64,000 nucleotides of DNA from Octopus sinensis. Taxonomy: Eukaryota. How positions within the stretch are numbered: the first letter of the stretch is position 1; every line of letters starts with the position of its first letter. This document shows positions 12,343 through 24,859 of the stretch, piece by piece. The DNA is taken from assembly GCF_006345805.1 (NCBI RefSeq), contig NC_043000.1, positions 75,950,001 to 76,014,000 of the forward strand. The letters are read 5' to 3'. Position numbers and translations under genes: made by a program. The notes under the pieces are model-generated. The model was not told the origin of the DNA. It made no database searches and worked only from the letters and a program-made list of their open reading frames with translations.

Positions 12343-15300
12343 CTAGCTGAATCAGCGCCTTCCGGGCGGACGATTCAGCTAGTACATATCTTAACTCCTT
12401 TTCGTAGTTTGAAAGAAAAAAAATGAAAAGTTACTATAATTTACTTAAAGAATTTCCTTATAGACAACGTTGTCAGTGTAGATTCTTTTCATACCCTTGT
12501 ACTCTGAGTCCAATGCCAATATATGCCCATTGTTCCCAGAACCAAACAGGACTTCCGTTATCTCAGTCCACCTTGGGTTGGTTGTCATAGTGATGAAGTA
12601 GTCTGGCTTTCCAGACTCTCTCACCAGAGCCATTCCAGCTTGGAAACTCCCTGTAAAACCGAGGAGAACCAGTATGTGATGGCGGAAGAATGATTTTAGA
12701 CCTTACGTCATTCGTGTCATCATTTGCAATAGCATCCAGAAGTCCCTGGTACTTTTCAGTCTTGAGTTGCTTCTCAAGACTGAAGATTTGCTCTATCTTT
12801 GCATATTGATAGCTTCTGTGGATTTGACTAATGTAATCTAACTTCCCATTGCTCTGTACTGCACAACAACATCCGCAGGTTTAATGTTTGGATTATTGGT
12901 ATCATCTCCCACCATGATCACAGTAACTTCTGATGCAGTCGGTGGATTGTAGGTTCTCTCATGTGACCCAGAAGGAATAAGCCGTTTGTCATGATGTATA
13001 ATAATATCACCGGCGGAACATTTTCCTGGTGCAGAGAATTCCTTAATTATATCCAATATCCTGCTTAAAACGTTTGACATGTGGACTGTGCTTTTGCAGT
13101 GTTCTCTGCAAATCTAGCAGGATGTTCTCATTAAGGTCATTGTCAGCTCCTCTGAATGACAACCTGTTTCTCATCTCATTTTCAGTGACAACGAAATATA
13201 GCTGTGCGTAGACTGGCTTCCTATTTACTACTTGTAGGAAACTTCCTATGCTGTGGTACAACTTTCCTTGAATCTTGAAAGTAGGCATAAAAGTGCTACC
13301 ACCCGGTGATCCAACAGGCGGATTATCCAGTATATTATTGTAGTCACGAATTTTGTTCAGAAACATTTGATCGCATAGTACTTACATCATAGTACTTAGC
13401 TATTAATTCTGGGGGCTTTTTTTTATCTGTGGACACATTGCTAATTTTTCCTTTGTCACAGCAGAGGGTAGTTTTCTCAGCACCCCAAAGGTAAGCTTTG
13501 CAGTCAGGGCATGTTCTGTTAAAAATGTTTCCACAGTAGTGCAACATAAGGCTTGGGTTTCGTTCTTTCTCATGAAAATCTACCAATTCAAATTTCACAG
13601 CCTTTCTCTCGGTGTCAGCTCTTTGCTGATGAAGTCTCGATTGGTATCGTGCTTGGCTGCTTGTTTGTTACTGCTGAATTTGTGGCAGCGACGTGTTTTC
13701 TCCTAGAGTCCTGTTTCCTCAGTTTTCCTCCGTGCTTCTGTTTCTTGTAGTGTTTCCATTGCACAGCGTTTCTGTGTTCTCATCTGATTCGCATTCCTCT
13801 GTGCTTCTGAATCTTCTGCATGGGTTTCCTGTCTCCTCAGCCAATCTACATCTCTCCGTGCCTATGTTTCTTCTTGTCTTTCCACCGTACGGGTTTCTTG
13901 CATTCTCCTTCGCTTTATTTTGAGACACCGAGAAAAGCTAGGTCTTTGTTTCCTTCAATTAGCGTCTGTTGTCTTTGTTCAGCGATCTTTTGTGAACGGG
14001 AATTTTTTCGGGACAGGTTGTTGTCCTTTCTTTTTCTGGGCATAGTGTACTGATGAAAGCGTGAATATTTATGACAATTATTCAATGAAAGTTTTGAGAC
14101 GATTCAGCTAGTGTTTGAGCCAATTTCTCTGAACGGGAAGTTTTCACGGTATTTATTGTAAGTATTTACCTTAGGTATTTATTTACAATTACACCACTCT
14201 CGCTAAACACTATTTTAAAGAGTGCTTTTTCCGTCGCTGAATTGCTCTAAACGAATGTAACAATTAAAATGTCAGAAATTTAGTATTTTTAAGGTAACAG
14301 TCGAACCTATTTTCAAGCAGTCGAATGCGCAAAGTTTCCGAAATTTTCATATTTTCTACGTCTGCTATTTCAGAATTCTACGCATGCGTGAAACATCGGA
14401 TGAAAATACATTCAATAACATATTCATACAGGCAACGACATAAACAGGCATAACAATAGCTCCGACGGCATGAAAATAGGTCCGACAAATTTTATTATTT
14501 TATTATTAAAAAATACTAAATTTCCAGCATTTTTATGGTCAAATTCGTTTACAGCAATTCAATAACATAGAAATCGCACCTTAAGATAGTATTTAGCGAG
14601 TATGGCGTAATTGTAATTTTCACCGAAGTCTAACAGTGTTTCTATGTTTCTTTTCAAAATGACATCGATAGAGACATTTGAAAGAACGCAACCGGTTAAG
14701 AAAGAATGAAGAGAGGTAGTAAATATGTGTGTGTGTGTGTGTGTGAGTTATGAGAGGTAACACTGTTTGAGAGAGTGAGTTCAATACTTAATATATATTT
14801 GTGAGAGAGAAACATCAAGGTAACACCGAAGGAGACATAGGAAAGAGTGCAACTAGTTAAGAGAGAGTGAGTTAAGAGAAGCAGTAAATATGTAGGAGGG
14901 AGAGAGAGAGACTTATGAGTGGTAACATTGAATGCAATTCTGTCAATTACCACTCCTCACACTACAGCTCTCAATAAGAGAAAGAGGTAGTAAGCATGAG
15001 GAATAGTAGGAGAGTCACTGAATGGTGAGAGAGAGGTAATTCGTGTTGTCGGATTTTACCAGACTGGAACCGGACCGGGGTATTTTCGTGAATTCCATAT
15101 AGATGTTGACACTCTCCAGTTACCCACAGTTCCTCGTGCCAAGCAATGTGGCCACAATGTCAGGGATCGGTTCACATAAATTTAGCATTTGAATGCGGTC
15201 TCCTCGGGAATCCCATAGAGATGTTGACACTCTCCCAGTACCCACGGATCCTCATGCCAAGTTTGGTCGAAATCGGTTCTTTGATTGCGAAGGAGATTCG

Positions 15301-15356
15301 TAACAAAATTTTGACAGACACACACACAGACGTAAATAGCGCAATTATAGTATAGA
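12343..15356 (-). mobile_element. Helitron with internal deletion; N-terminal RepHel relic, no helicase
   Basis: Minus-strand 5' end A|TCTATACTATAAT at 15356; 3' GC hairpin cgcc-cggaa-ggcg then CTAG|T at 12343. Fragments: CPDCKAYLWGAE..LCCDKGK (13344-13598), PTFKIQGKLYHSIG...PVYAQLYF (13043-13366), HERTYNPPTASEV (12838-13080), IILPPSHTGSPR and GKPDYFITMTTNPRWTEI (Rep motif, 12445-12633). The link between the distant 5' end and the coding part is inferred. Confidence 0.8.
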
Positions 15357-15364
15357 TTAGTGGA

Positions 15365-18300
15365 TTTATTTTTATTTTATTTTATTTTATTTTATCTAGT
15401 TTCAGCTAACGAGCTGTGGCCATGCTGGGGCACCGCCATTCGGTATTGCTACGTGATTTTACTTCACGAATGCATTTTAGCAATTGACATTTGGTGTATG
15501 AGAGAGTTTGATGCAGCTGCCCTCATCTGCACCTCCTGTCGTGAAGTTGGTTCATCTGGGACACCTGACAGGAAGAGATCCAGTTTTATTTTAAAGACAT
15601 CTGCATCCACCCCATGCAGGTCTCTCAGGTCCTTCGGGAGGATATTGAAGAGCTGTGGACCTCTGAAGCCCAGGCTATCACAGTATCTTGTCCTACATCT
15701 TGATGGCAAATTTGGAGTCCTTGGCACTATGCAGTGACGCCCAGTTCTAGTATTTGTAACTCTCGATGCCTAAGTTTGGGACAAGTCCTTCCAGGATCTT
15801 CCGGATGTATATTATGGCATATCTTTCTCGCCTACGCTCTAAGGGATAGAGTCTTAATCTCTTGAGTCTTTCCCAATAGCTTATATGCTGCACAGAGGCT
15901 ATCTTCTTCGTGTAGCTTCGTTAGATCGCCTCAAGTTCTGTGATTAATTTGACACTGGTTGGTGACCATAGCTGAAAGCAATAGTCAAAGTGGCTTAGGA
16001 CAAGTGTCCTCCAGAGGGCCATCATGGTTTCCTGGTCTCTTGTTCTAAAAGCTCTAAGAATCCATCCGGTCAGCCACCTACATTTCATTGCCAATTTAGC
16101 AACATGCACATGAAAGGTTGCATCATTACTTATGTAAATACCCAGGTCTCGCACTGATTGTGCCTCTGGGATTGCAATCCCTCCAGGTCCAGTGTATTTA
16201 TTGGGTATTGCATTTAGCTTTGCATGCTGATAGCATAAAGCTTGAAACTTTTCAGCATTGAACTGCATGCTATTCTTTTCAGCCCACTTGTACATTTTGT
16301 CCAGGTCACATTGCAGGTGCATAGCGTCTTCTGGGTCCTGTATTACCTGTGAAACTTTTGTATCATCTGCATAACTTGTGATCGTGACTCTCTGCAGTTG
16401 TTTCAGCACCCAGGCATAGTGTTGTAGGAGCTGAGTTAGGCAGCTTCTTCCTGTTCGGAAACCATGTTGGGTGTCAGGCAGAAAGTTATTTTCTTCAAGG
16501 AAGGTGATTAGTTTCCTTCTGACTATTCTGACTGATGTGTGAGGTCAGAGAGATAGGTCTGTAATTCTTGGCCTCCGCTCTGCTACCACCTTTATGAATA
16601 GGGCATATTTTACCCTCCTTCAGTTTTCTTGTAAGTTTGCCAGCTGCAAGGATGCTCTGAAAGAGGAGCTGCAGTGGTCTTGCTAGAACTCTCTTACATA
16701 CTTTTAGAAGGATTGCTTGGAATCCATCGGGGCCAGTAACTGAGTTTGGGTTCATTTCATCTATAGCCCTTATTACATCGTCTTCCTTTATATTGATGTA
16801 ATCAATCATCGTTGACTCTGATTTTATATCTGCAGTGGTGAAGAAGTCAGTTGGATTGCTGACTTGAAAATGCCCTAGGGGTGGAGTGAAAATACTTTTG
16901 AATTGCTCATTTAGTATTTCACTTATCCTCATTGGATTTCCTGTGAGTGTTCCATCTTTTTCAAGGAGTGGCCCAATCCTACAGTGCACCGTGGCTGTTT
17001 CTTTGGCAAACTTGTAGAAAGCTCTGGGGTTAGATTTTATGTTGTCTATAGCCCAGGCTTCTTTGTCTGCTCTTTCTTTTTCATGGGAGAGTTGCAGACA
17101 TTTTTCAATTTCCAGCAGTTTTATTTTCAGGCACTGCTTTCAATTGTTTGTTTAGGCGATTTGAAACTTTTGTACGCCGTCTCATAAGAATTTTCCTCTC
17201 TCTGAGGATTTTGTTCTTGTGTACAGTGGCCTTTCTCTCTGGGACACATTTGTAGCATATGGCTTGCATCACAGACATGAATTGTTGAAGTTTCATGTCG
17301 ATGTCTGGTGAGGAGAGACATTTAGGCCAGTTTTGTTTGAAGATCTCTTTCTCAATTTGTTTCCAGTTTGCCTTATGGAAGTTCAAGCTGGAAAGATTCT
17401 GAGAGTTTCTTGTAGGCTGCATGTCCATGCTTTCCTTTGGCCCATACATGGTCAACTCTACCATGTTGTGATCCGAGAGTAGTGTCAGTGTCACTTTCAC
17501 ATTATGGATGAGATCCATATTACTTGTGAAGCAGAGATCCAGTATGTTACCTGCCCTGGTTAGTTGGAGTATTATTTGCTCCATGTAGAGAGTGTTGATG
17601 AGGTTCAGGAGGGACCTCGCCTGTCCTCGTTCGCATCGTGTCATTCCTGGGAGAGAAAGGCCCTCGGGCCATCTGACATTGGGCAGATTGAAGTCTCCCA
17701 TAAGAAGTACACTTGTGTTGTTCTAATGTGACTAGAACTTCTATTTTTGTAAGGCAGTCTTCAAACTTGCCTATATGACTTAGAGCATCTGGAGGGCGAT
17801 ATGTAGCACATATAACTACACTGAGTTGCCTTATATGTACAATTAGTGTGTCACACACCGAATTTGAGTATGACAAAAGGACCTGGGGTGTGAGGTCCTC
17901 ACGGATGTACATAGCAACTCCACCATGACTCCTTTCTTTTCTGTCGGTCCGTAATACAACATACTGTGGTATGTGCATTTCCGCATCTGCTATATCCGGT
18001 TTCAGGTGTGTTTCCGTAAGTGCTATGCATAAGGCTTGATTACATGCAACAAGGTCTCTCAGTCCTCTGATGTTCAGTAGGAGCATCGAGGTGATGTGGG
18101 TGTTGTTGCCAGTGGTGTCCCCCTTGGGTCTATTTGCTGTGGTGGTCTTGTGTATTGTGGATAGTCCTATCTGTGAGTTTGAGTTTGATGGAGCCAGATT
18201 AGCTGCTGTACAATCTTTTGTGCCATGCACAAAAAAGATTCTTGTTTAGCATCTGCCCTTTCAATAACATGTTGATGGTTTGTAGCAAGAACTACATCTG

Positions 18301-19024
18301 CGTACCTCCGTTTTGGGGCAAGAGGTGCGTAGTCCTTTCCTTTTCCTTTTGGCAGTTGGTTTCCGCCCTGTTTCATGTTTATGTGGCAGGGTCTTTGGTG
18401 TACAAAACGGCAGCCTGCACCTTCCTCTCCATGCCAGCAGACACCTTTCACGTAGAATTTATACATTCGTGTGTGCTGTCTCTTTCTATCTTTTTTGGTA
18501 TATGGATAGTCAGGTTTGCTTCTATCCTTGACTGTTTCATCTTTTGGTTTTGTTTGAGTTTTAGTTTTTCCTTCTTTGGCTGTTTCATCTTTTGTTTTTC
18601 TTTTAGTTTTTCCTTCTTTTACTTCTTTTTTGGCTCTTTCATCTCCGTGGTTTTGCCTTTTGATGCTGGTAGGGGCACTTGCACTTGGGTTTATTTCCTG
18701 GGCAGGTTTCTCTCTTGAATCTTCTTTGTTGTCCTGGGTGTCTACCAAGTGGGTGTGACATCATTCATCTGCATCCGTGCCTCCCTCCTTGTAATCTTTG
18801 CTTTTTTCGTTGTCAAAGATGGCATCAAGAGTCTTGATATGGGATCTAATGAATGCATAGGAGCGTATAAACACCTGCTTCTTTCGCTCTATCTGTGCTA
18901 ACATCCTTGTGTAACCATTGCTCTTCAGCGTAGCTGTAATTATGTTGTTCGGATTATCTCCATCAGCACAGTACCATGCTCTCAAAAACAATTCCAATTC
19001 CATGCTCCTCCAGGTTCTGGACAT
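15365..19024 (-). mobile_element. Near full-length CR1-like (L2/CR1 group) LINE, inactivated: ORF1, APE endonuclease, reverse transcriptase
   Basis: APE: LLLNIRGL, IALTETHL, RSHGGVAMYI, GDFNLP, GNILDLCFT, SDHNMV. RT: GPDG, NYRPISLTSHIS, QHGFRTGRSCLTQLL, SYADDTKV, VRDLGI. C-terminus GPQLFNILPKDLR...AASNSL. Tail of (taaaa)n type. Many frameshifts. Confidence 0.9.
18167..19024 (-). pseudogene. LINE ORF1 with one in-frame TGA: Myb/SANT-like N-terminus, Lys-rich linker, degenerate CCCH-like zinc finger
   Basis: ORFs 18761-19024 and 18167-18748 are in the same frame, separated by a single TGA. Motifs: W..MELELFLRAW...LKSNGYTR..AQIERK and YKFYVKGVCWHGEEGAGCRFVHQRPC. Confidence 0.55.
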
Positions 19025-19099
19025 TTCTTTTTGGATATTTTATTTATGTATTTATCTAATTATATTTAAAATTTAGCAGTATGATAGAGGGTAGAGAAG

Positions 19100-19460
19100 A
19101 AATAGAGAAAGGAAGTGTCTATGTATTTAGAGAGATTGGGCGGCTGAAAGAAGATAAGAAGAGAGTAAGAGAGAGTGAGAGGAGAATGTTCGCGTCTATA
19201 TATTTAGGAAGATTGAGAGGCTGAGAGAGGAAAGATGATGTGACAGAGAGAAGTAGAGAGACAGAGAAAGAGGCGTGATGGAGAGAAGTGAAGATACAGA
19301 GAGAGAGAAAGAAATGAAAGAGAGGAAGTTATGCAAAAGATTGAGCGGTTGAGAGAAGATAAGAAGAAAGTGAGAGAGAGTGAGAGGAGAATGTTCACGT
19401 CTATATATTTAGGAAGATTGAGAGGCTGAGAGAAGAAAGATGGTGTGATAGAGAGAAGTG

Positions 19461-19501
<41 letters not shown>

Positions 19502-19940
19502 AAGAGATGAAGTTATGCGAAAGATTCTACTTGGATAGTAGAATATATAAGTAAAGTAACAAATAAATATATATCTATCTGCGAAAGTTCTCTTCTAAAC
19601 TAATTATAAATATATATCTATCTGTAACTACAAAAGTTTTCTTCTAAACTAATTACGACTATATTTCTAACGTTCGTGTCTATATATTTAGGAAGATTGA
19701 GAGGCTGAGAGGAGAAAGATGGTGTGACAGAGAGAGGCGAAGAGACAGAGAGAGAAAAAGTAATGAGAGAGAAGAACTTATGCAAAAAAAACTACTTGGA
19801 TAGTACAATATATAAAAAAGTAATAAATAAGTAAATATATATATATATATAAATAAAGTAACAAATAAATAAATACCTATCTGTAACTACGAAGCTTCTC
19901 TATTTACGATTATATTTCTAAATAATTTTTACGATTATAT
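19100..19940. repeat. AG-rich degenerate tandem repeat upstream of the LINE ORF1 (possible 5' UTR)
   Basis: gtctatatatttaggaagattgagaggctgaga occurs three times (about 19195, 19400, 19678); ctacttggatagta.aatatataa occurs twice. Confidence 0.7.
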
Positions 19941-20789
19941 TTCTAAATATAATATTTTTTTTAAATATTTTTTTAAATGGAACAATTTTTTAATATTTTT
20001 AAATGAAACAATCTTAAACAAATGAAAAGGATTTTTGAATAATATTAAAGAGATATAGTGAGAAAATGATAAAAGCAAAGTGGGCGCTGCAACAGAAATT
20101 GAAAGAAGATTATTCACAGAATGTAAACAGAGATGAGGTCCTAACTCAGACGTTACATTGAATTACAGGAAATTAAACAAATGAAACGGGTACTTATCCT
20201 CACAAAAGGCAAAAATTCCAAATCCGGTTCCTATACGAAGAAGTTTTCTTTCAACAAAGAAAAGAAAACAATTCTTTTTGCTTCTTACAGTCGGCTGGAA
20301 ATAAACTTACGATTTGCCTCCACGTGCTTTTTCGACGGAGAATCTTGCGTGCGTAACTAACTTTAATGTATTATATTTGGCCTGAAGCGAAATATATTAC
20401 AGTTTTTAACTAATATATCCTAGCAGACCGCTACGTTTTTTATCAGTTTTAGCAGATTATTTCGTCGATTTATGCAAACCTTTTTGTTTTTTTCATAGAG
20501 CGAAAGCAAACATGTCCTTTCTCTACGAAACCGGAAGTATATATATTATTACTATTATTATTATTATTGTTGACAAAATACAATATTATAGTCTCATAAC
20601 TGTCAAATTACCAAATGGTTACATATACGAAGTTGAGACCTAACACCAGCAGACATCAGATATGGCCAAAGGGAATAAAATAAATATACTATTACTTTCA
20701 GCCATTTCTGATGATTGTGCTAAGTTACCAATTAGTTTCTTACCTATTGAGGTAAGAAACCAATTGGTAACTTAGCACTTCGGTGACGT

Positions 20790-20945
20790 TTCCGTAACTT
20801 AGCGCTTCGTCAAAGATCTCGATAGAATAAGGAGCAGACTTTAAAAAAAAACATATGTACTGGGGTCAATTTGTTTGACTATAACCCTTCTAGGCGGAGC
20901 ACAGCATTGCTGTAGTCCAATGACTGAAACAAGTAAAAGATAAAT
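20790..20945 (+). mobile_element. SINE family 1, 3' fragment
   Basis: cgtaacttagcg...gatagaataag...ggggtcaatttg...gactgaaacaagtaaaaga. Confidence 0.7.
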
Positions 20946-21145
20946 CATGTCTGTATAAAGACACACATACATATACATATATATTGTATTTGTATGTATG
21001 TATGTATGTATGTATGTATGTATGTATGTATGTATGTATGTATGTATGTATGTATGTATGTGTATGTATGTATGCATGTTTGTATGTGTGTGTGTGCGTG
21101 CATGCACGTTTGTGCATATGTATGTAGAGATTGAAAGAGAGAGAG

Positions 21146-21196
<51 letters not shown>

Positions 21197-21589
21197 TCAC
21201 CCGACAAATTTAAAACGTTCGTCACTGAAAATATTCATAATTATTCCCTTTCCAGTTTTCCAAAACATAGATGCAATCCTCATCATATCCTGTCATTCAC
21301 CATTTAGCTCTCGCCATCGAGAAATTTAGCGAAAGTAATATTATTGCATCTAACATGCCAACCATACAAATCTGCTAAAGAAGTTGCATGCTCTGTGGGT
21401 CACACCAATCTTTTGTCTCTTGGATCGGTGACTTTCTGTCACCTCAATCTATCGCGGCGTGAATTGCTGGGTTCAGCTCTATCAGCTCTATTGTGTGACA
21501 GGATTCGGTTTTCTCATTCAAACTTTCCCTCCTCTACATCCAACTACGCTGCTTCCTCCTCAGACGGCACCACCTTTCATTCTTTCCCA

Positions 21590-21820
21590 AATTTTCGCAC
21601 CCAAATGAAATCCACATGCAACCTGTCCAGTTTGCTGGTCATTGTTGTAGAGCTGAAAACGAGGCAATTTCTACTCTTCTCCTCTGGAAGCCATCTACTC
21701 GCGATACCAGAGGGCGTACACTTTCCTACCCTGATGTAATCTCCAGGGATACAGGCATCCAGCAAAAGGACCTCCGTAATGCTATGATGGACCATGAAGT
21801 CTCAATGATGATGATGAGAT
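21590..21820 (+). mobile_element. RTE-clade LINE 3' fragment
   Basis: QFAGHCCRAENEAISTLLLWKP...RGRTLSYPDVISRDTG...DLRNAMMD is an RTE RT C-terminal motif, followed by an (ATG)n tail. Confidence 0.75.
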
Positions 21821-23555
21821 ATCTCATGCCAAATCTGCACTGATTCCATGAACAGAGACCTTCAAATTTACCTTGCACGTTTTACTTGTGGAAGTCGACT
21901 TGTAACTGTTCAAGGAGATTGTTAATTGCATCGATTTCGACTGGAAAAGGTTGCAAAAGAGAAAGGGCCAGCCCCTAACCACCTGATCATCTGGTAAAAA
22001 TATCGAAAAGTAACGTTCTGTAACCTTCTCTGGGGTAATTATTTGAGGGGTTTGAGGTGCAGAACCAATGAGTGATCTTGTGCAGCAGTGAGTGATAGAT
22101 CAATTGGTCTGGAGACTTTGCAATAGGGTACGGTCCCTCAATATTCTGGTCGATAGGTTCCATTTTGTAAGCTTGTCAACTACAAGTCAACGAGGCCTCT
22201 TCTACCTAGGCCCTCAACCAACTAGAAATTGTCAGATATCTTCATAAATTAATTACTGATCACCCTAAATATGGACCAAACTTTTTTTTGTGATGTAGTC
22301 TTAGATACCTAAAAAAAACCCAGTTATGTCGTGAATGGAACATCTTTGATTATAGGTCTACTTAATTAAAGCTGACTTGGGGCTAATCAACAACAACAAA
22401 CGTGAAAAACTTTCCTGTATAAATTTTCTCTATAATTTATTCTGCATTCCACATTATTTGCGTAACTTTCCAACTTTGCCACTTCCGCTGTCCTGAACAA
22501 CACGCAACCACCGTGAGAAACATTTTCACTAAATTCTTTTATTTTTTTGTTTCTTATTTTTATTTGATTTCAACTAAATATAGAATATTTACATAGCTAC
22601 TATTTTTAATAAAAATAAAAATGCCAAAACACACACACACACACAAACACACACACTTATCCATATACACACTCACGTACATACACACACGCATTCATAC
22701 AGACATAGACACAAATATACAGAAGTACATATCCATGTACTTTTGCTAATATCAATATTCTCTCTCTCTCTTAATCTCGGGAAAAGAGTTGAGTGGGCGC
22801 AGACGTATTGAAAACAAGGCAATTGAGGCATAATATCCTGGTGTATGTGTGCAATGGGCTCATGGCTGTGGTAGTATGCTAGTGCAGTGATTACAAATAC
22901 AGTGTTGAATATGCCAGTGACTGAGGTATTAAATGCTTTGAAAGCGAAAGTGAGGCATGCGGGCGCGTTGTAAAGGACAAACAGCTTTCTCTATGTACAC
23001 GTGACCAAGGTGTAGTCTTACAGAAGCGTGTTGTGTCTACAAGGGCGTAGAGAGGATGAGAAAAAATCGAGAAAGGCATGGTGTGGTTCATGGATGTGAC
23101 AGTGTTAGTGTGCAGATACATGTATGAAAGTTGTGTGGTGCAGCAAGAAAGGAATGAACAGTGTAAAAATGAGTGAACAAAAGTGATAAACTTAGCTGGA
23201 AAAAGTGTATTTTCTTAAAAGTCAAGTGCTGAAAGTGAAAAAAAGAGGTGCATACAAAGAAAAAGAGTTGTTGAGAGTCGATGTGAGAATCTTAAATTTG
23301 CAGAATAGTTCGTAGCTAATGCAGTGTCTGTAGATCGGGACGGGACGAAAAGTGTGTGCGTGTCGATTCAGGTCCGAATCTACTCTATGCCTTAATGAAG
23401 TCACTACAGATTCCATCAACCAAATTTTACTCATAGTAAGTCAGCCTGAGGCTATAGAAAATGGCATTTATCTAAAATGATACATAGCCGCATCGAACAC
23501 AGGACCTAGATGGTGGGAAACGAACTTAACTATTCTGCTTAAAAAACATGCTATA

Positions 23556-24454
23556 CGAGGGGGTACCCAAAAGAAATATTGCAAAAAAAAATTTTGCAAT
23601 ATTTTATTCACTTAGTTTTACATGTTTACTCTTTCATCACCTTCAAAGTATTTTCCATTTCGCGCAAGGTATCGCTCCAGACGCATTTTCCACAGTTTAA
23701 AGGGGTGCTGGAAGTTTTGCGAAGTGATACCTCTTAACGCTTCTGCCGTTTTTTTTTCTTCACCTCTTCCACATCAGCAAAGTCTGTAGCACCTGCTTTC
23801 ATCACTAGTGATGACCTTCGAAAAAAGGTCCGGATTAACTCCCAACTGTTCTTTCAGTTCACGACACATATTCAGTCTTGACTGCTTTTGATCTTGCGTA
23901 AGCAAGCAAGGCACTAATTTTGCTGCAACTCTATTCATTTGCTATTCCTCGTTCAAAGTTCTTTTGGCAGGAGCTTCAGGAAACACCAGTCATATCAACA
24001 AATTTGTCAATTTGTTCAATGACGGTCCTCCAAGATCAGTTCATGAATTTTCTTGATGTTTTCATACGTTCGGGAGGTCGACGGTCGCTCTGAACGACGT
24101 TGGTCATCAAGCAACAAGTGGCCATTCCTAAAGCGAGAAAATCACTCGTAAACTTGTGTTTTTCTCATGGCAGCATCCTTGTAAGTTGTTTGAAGCACGA
24201 CAACTGTTTCGGCCGCCGTCTTCCCCAGCAGAAAACAGAATCTCACGGAAGCACTCTGTTCGTTCGTTTCAGCCGTCGCAAAACTCGACGAACAGGGGAG
24301 AAGCACTGCAAAACAAAGACTCACCACGTGGCACAGGACGACGCCTGTCGGCAGATTAATGCCTATGGGTTGCATCAAGTGGCTATTAACGGCGGAATCC
24401 TGAACTACAACGGGTTTGTCCTACACAGAACGTTTCCTGTTAGTTACCCCCTCG
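23556..24454 (-). mobile_element. Mariner element with both TIRs, internally deleted
   Basis: TA|CGAGGGGGTA... and ...TACCCCCTCG|TA ends. N-terminal transposase EQSASVRFCFLLGKTAAET...KTQVYEWFSRF...SERPSTS...KVITSDE; C-terminal ...WKMRLERYLARNGKYFEGD. Catalytic core is missing. Confidence 0.88.
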
Positions 24455-24493
24455 TATTGTACTTTTGGTTCAAAGTGCTCTCAGTATGTGTGT

Positions 24494-24538
<45 letters not shown>

Positions 24539-24569
24539 CTGCGAGAGACAGAGAATATATATATATAAA

Positions 24570-24790
24570 ACTTTTATCTTTTGCTTGTTTCAGTCATTTG
24601 ATTGTGGCCATGCTGGGGCACCCCCTTAAAGGGTTTAATCGAACAAATCGATCACAGTACTTTATTTTAAAACCTGGTACTTATTGCATTGGTCTCTTAT
24701 TTCCGGACTGCTATGTTACGAGTTTGTGGATAAACTAACACCAGGTGCCAGGCGCTGATGGAGGGACAAACCTAAATATAAAGACACACA
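24570..24790 (-). mobile_element. SINE family 1, 3' half
   Basis: cttttgcttgtttcagtcatttgattgtggccatgctggggcacc is the reverse complement of the family tail. Confidence 0.75.
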
Positions 24791-24859
24791 CACACGCACG
24801 CACACACGCACACACACATACACACACACACATATTCTTTTTTTTTTTTCAATCAATGG

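Noticed and set aside
18218-18758. Phe/Ser-rich plus-strand ORFs suggesting a membrane protein
   Set aside because: Antisense of the Lys/Glu-rich LINE ORF1.
24100-24738. 212-aa plus-strand ORF as a gene
   Set aside because: Antisense to the mariner transposase, then runs through a TG repeat and a SINE.
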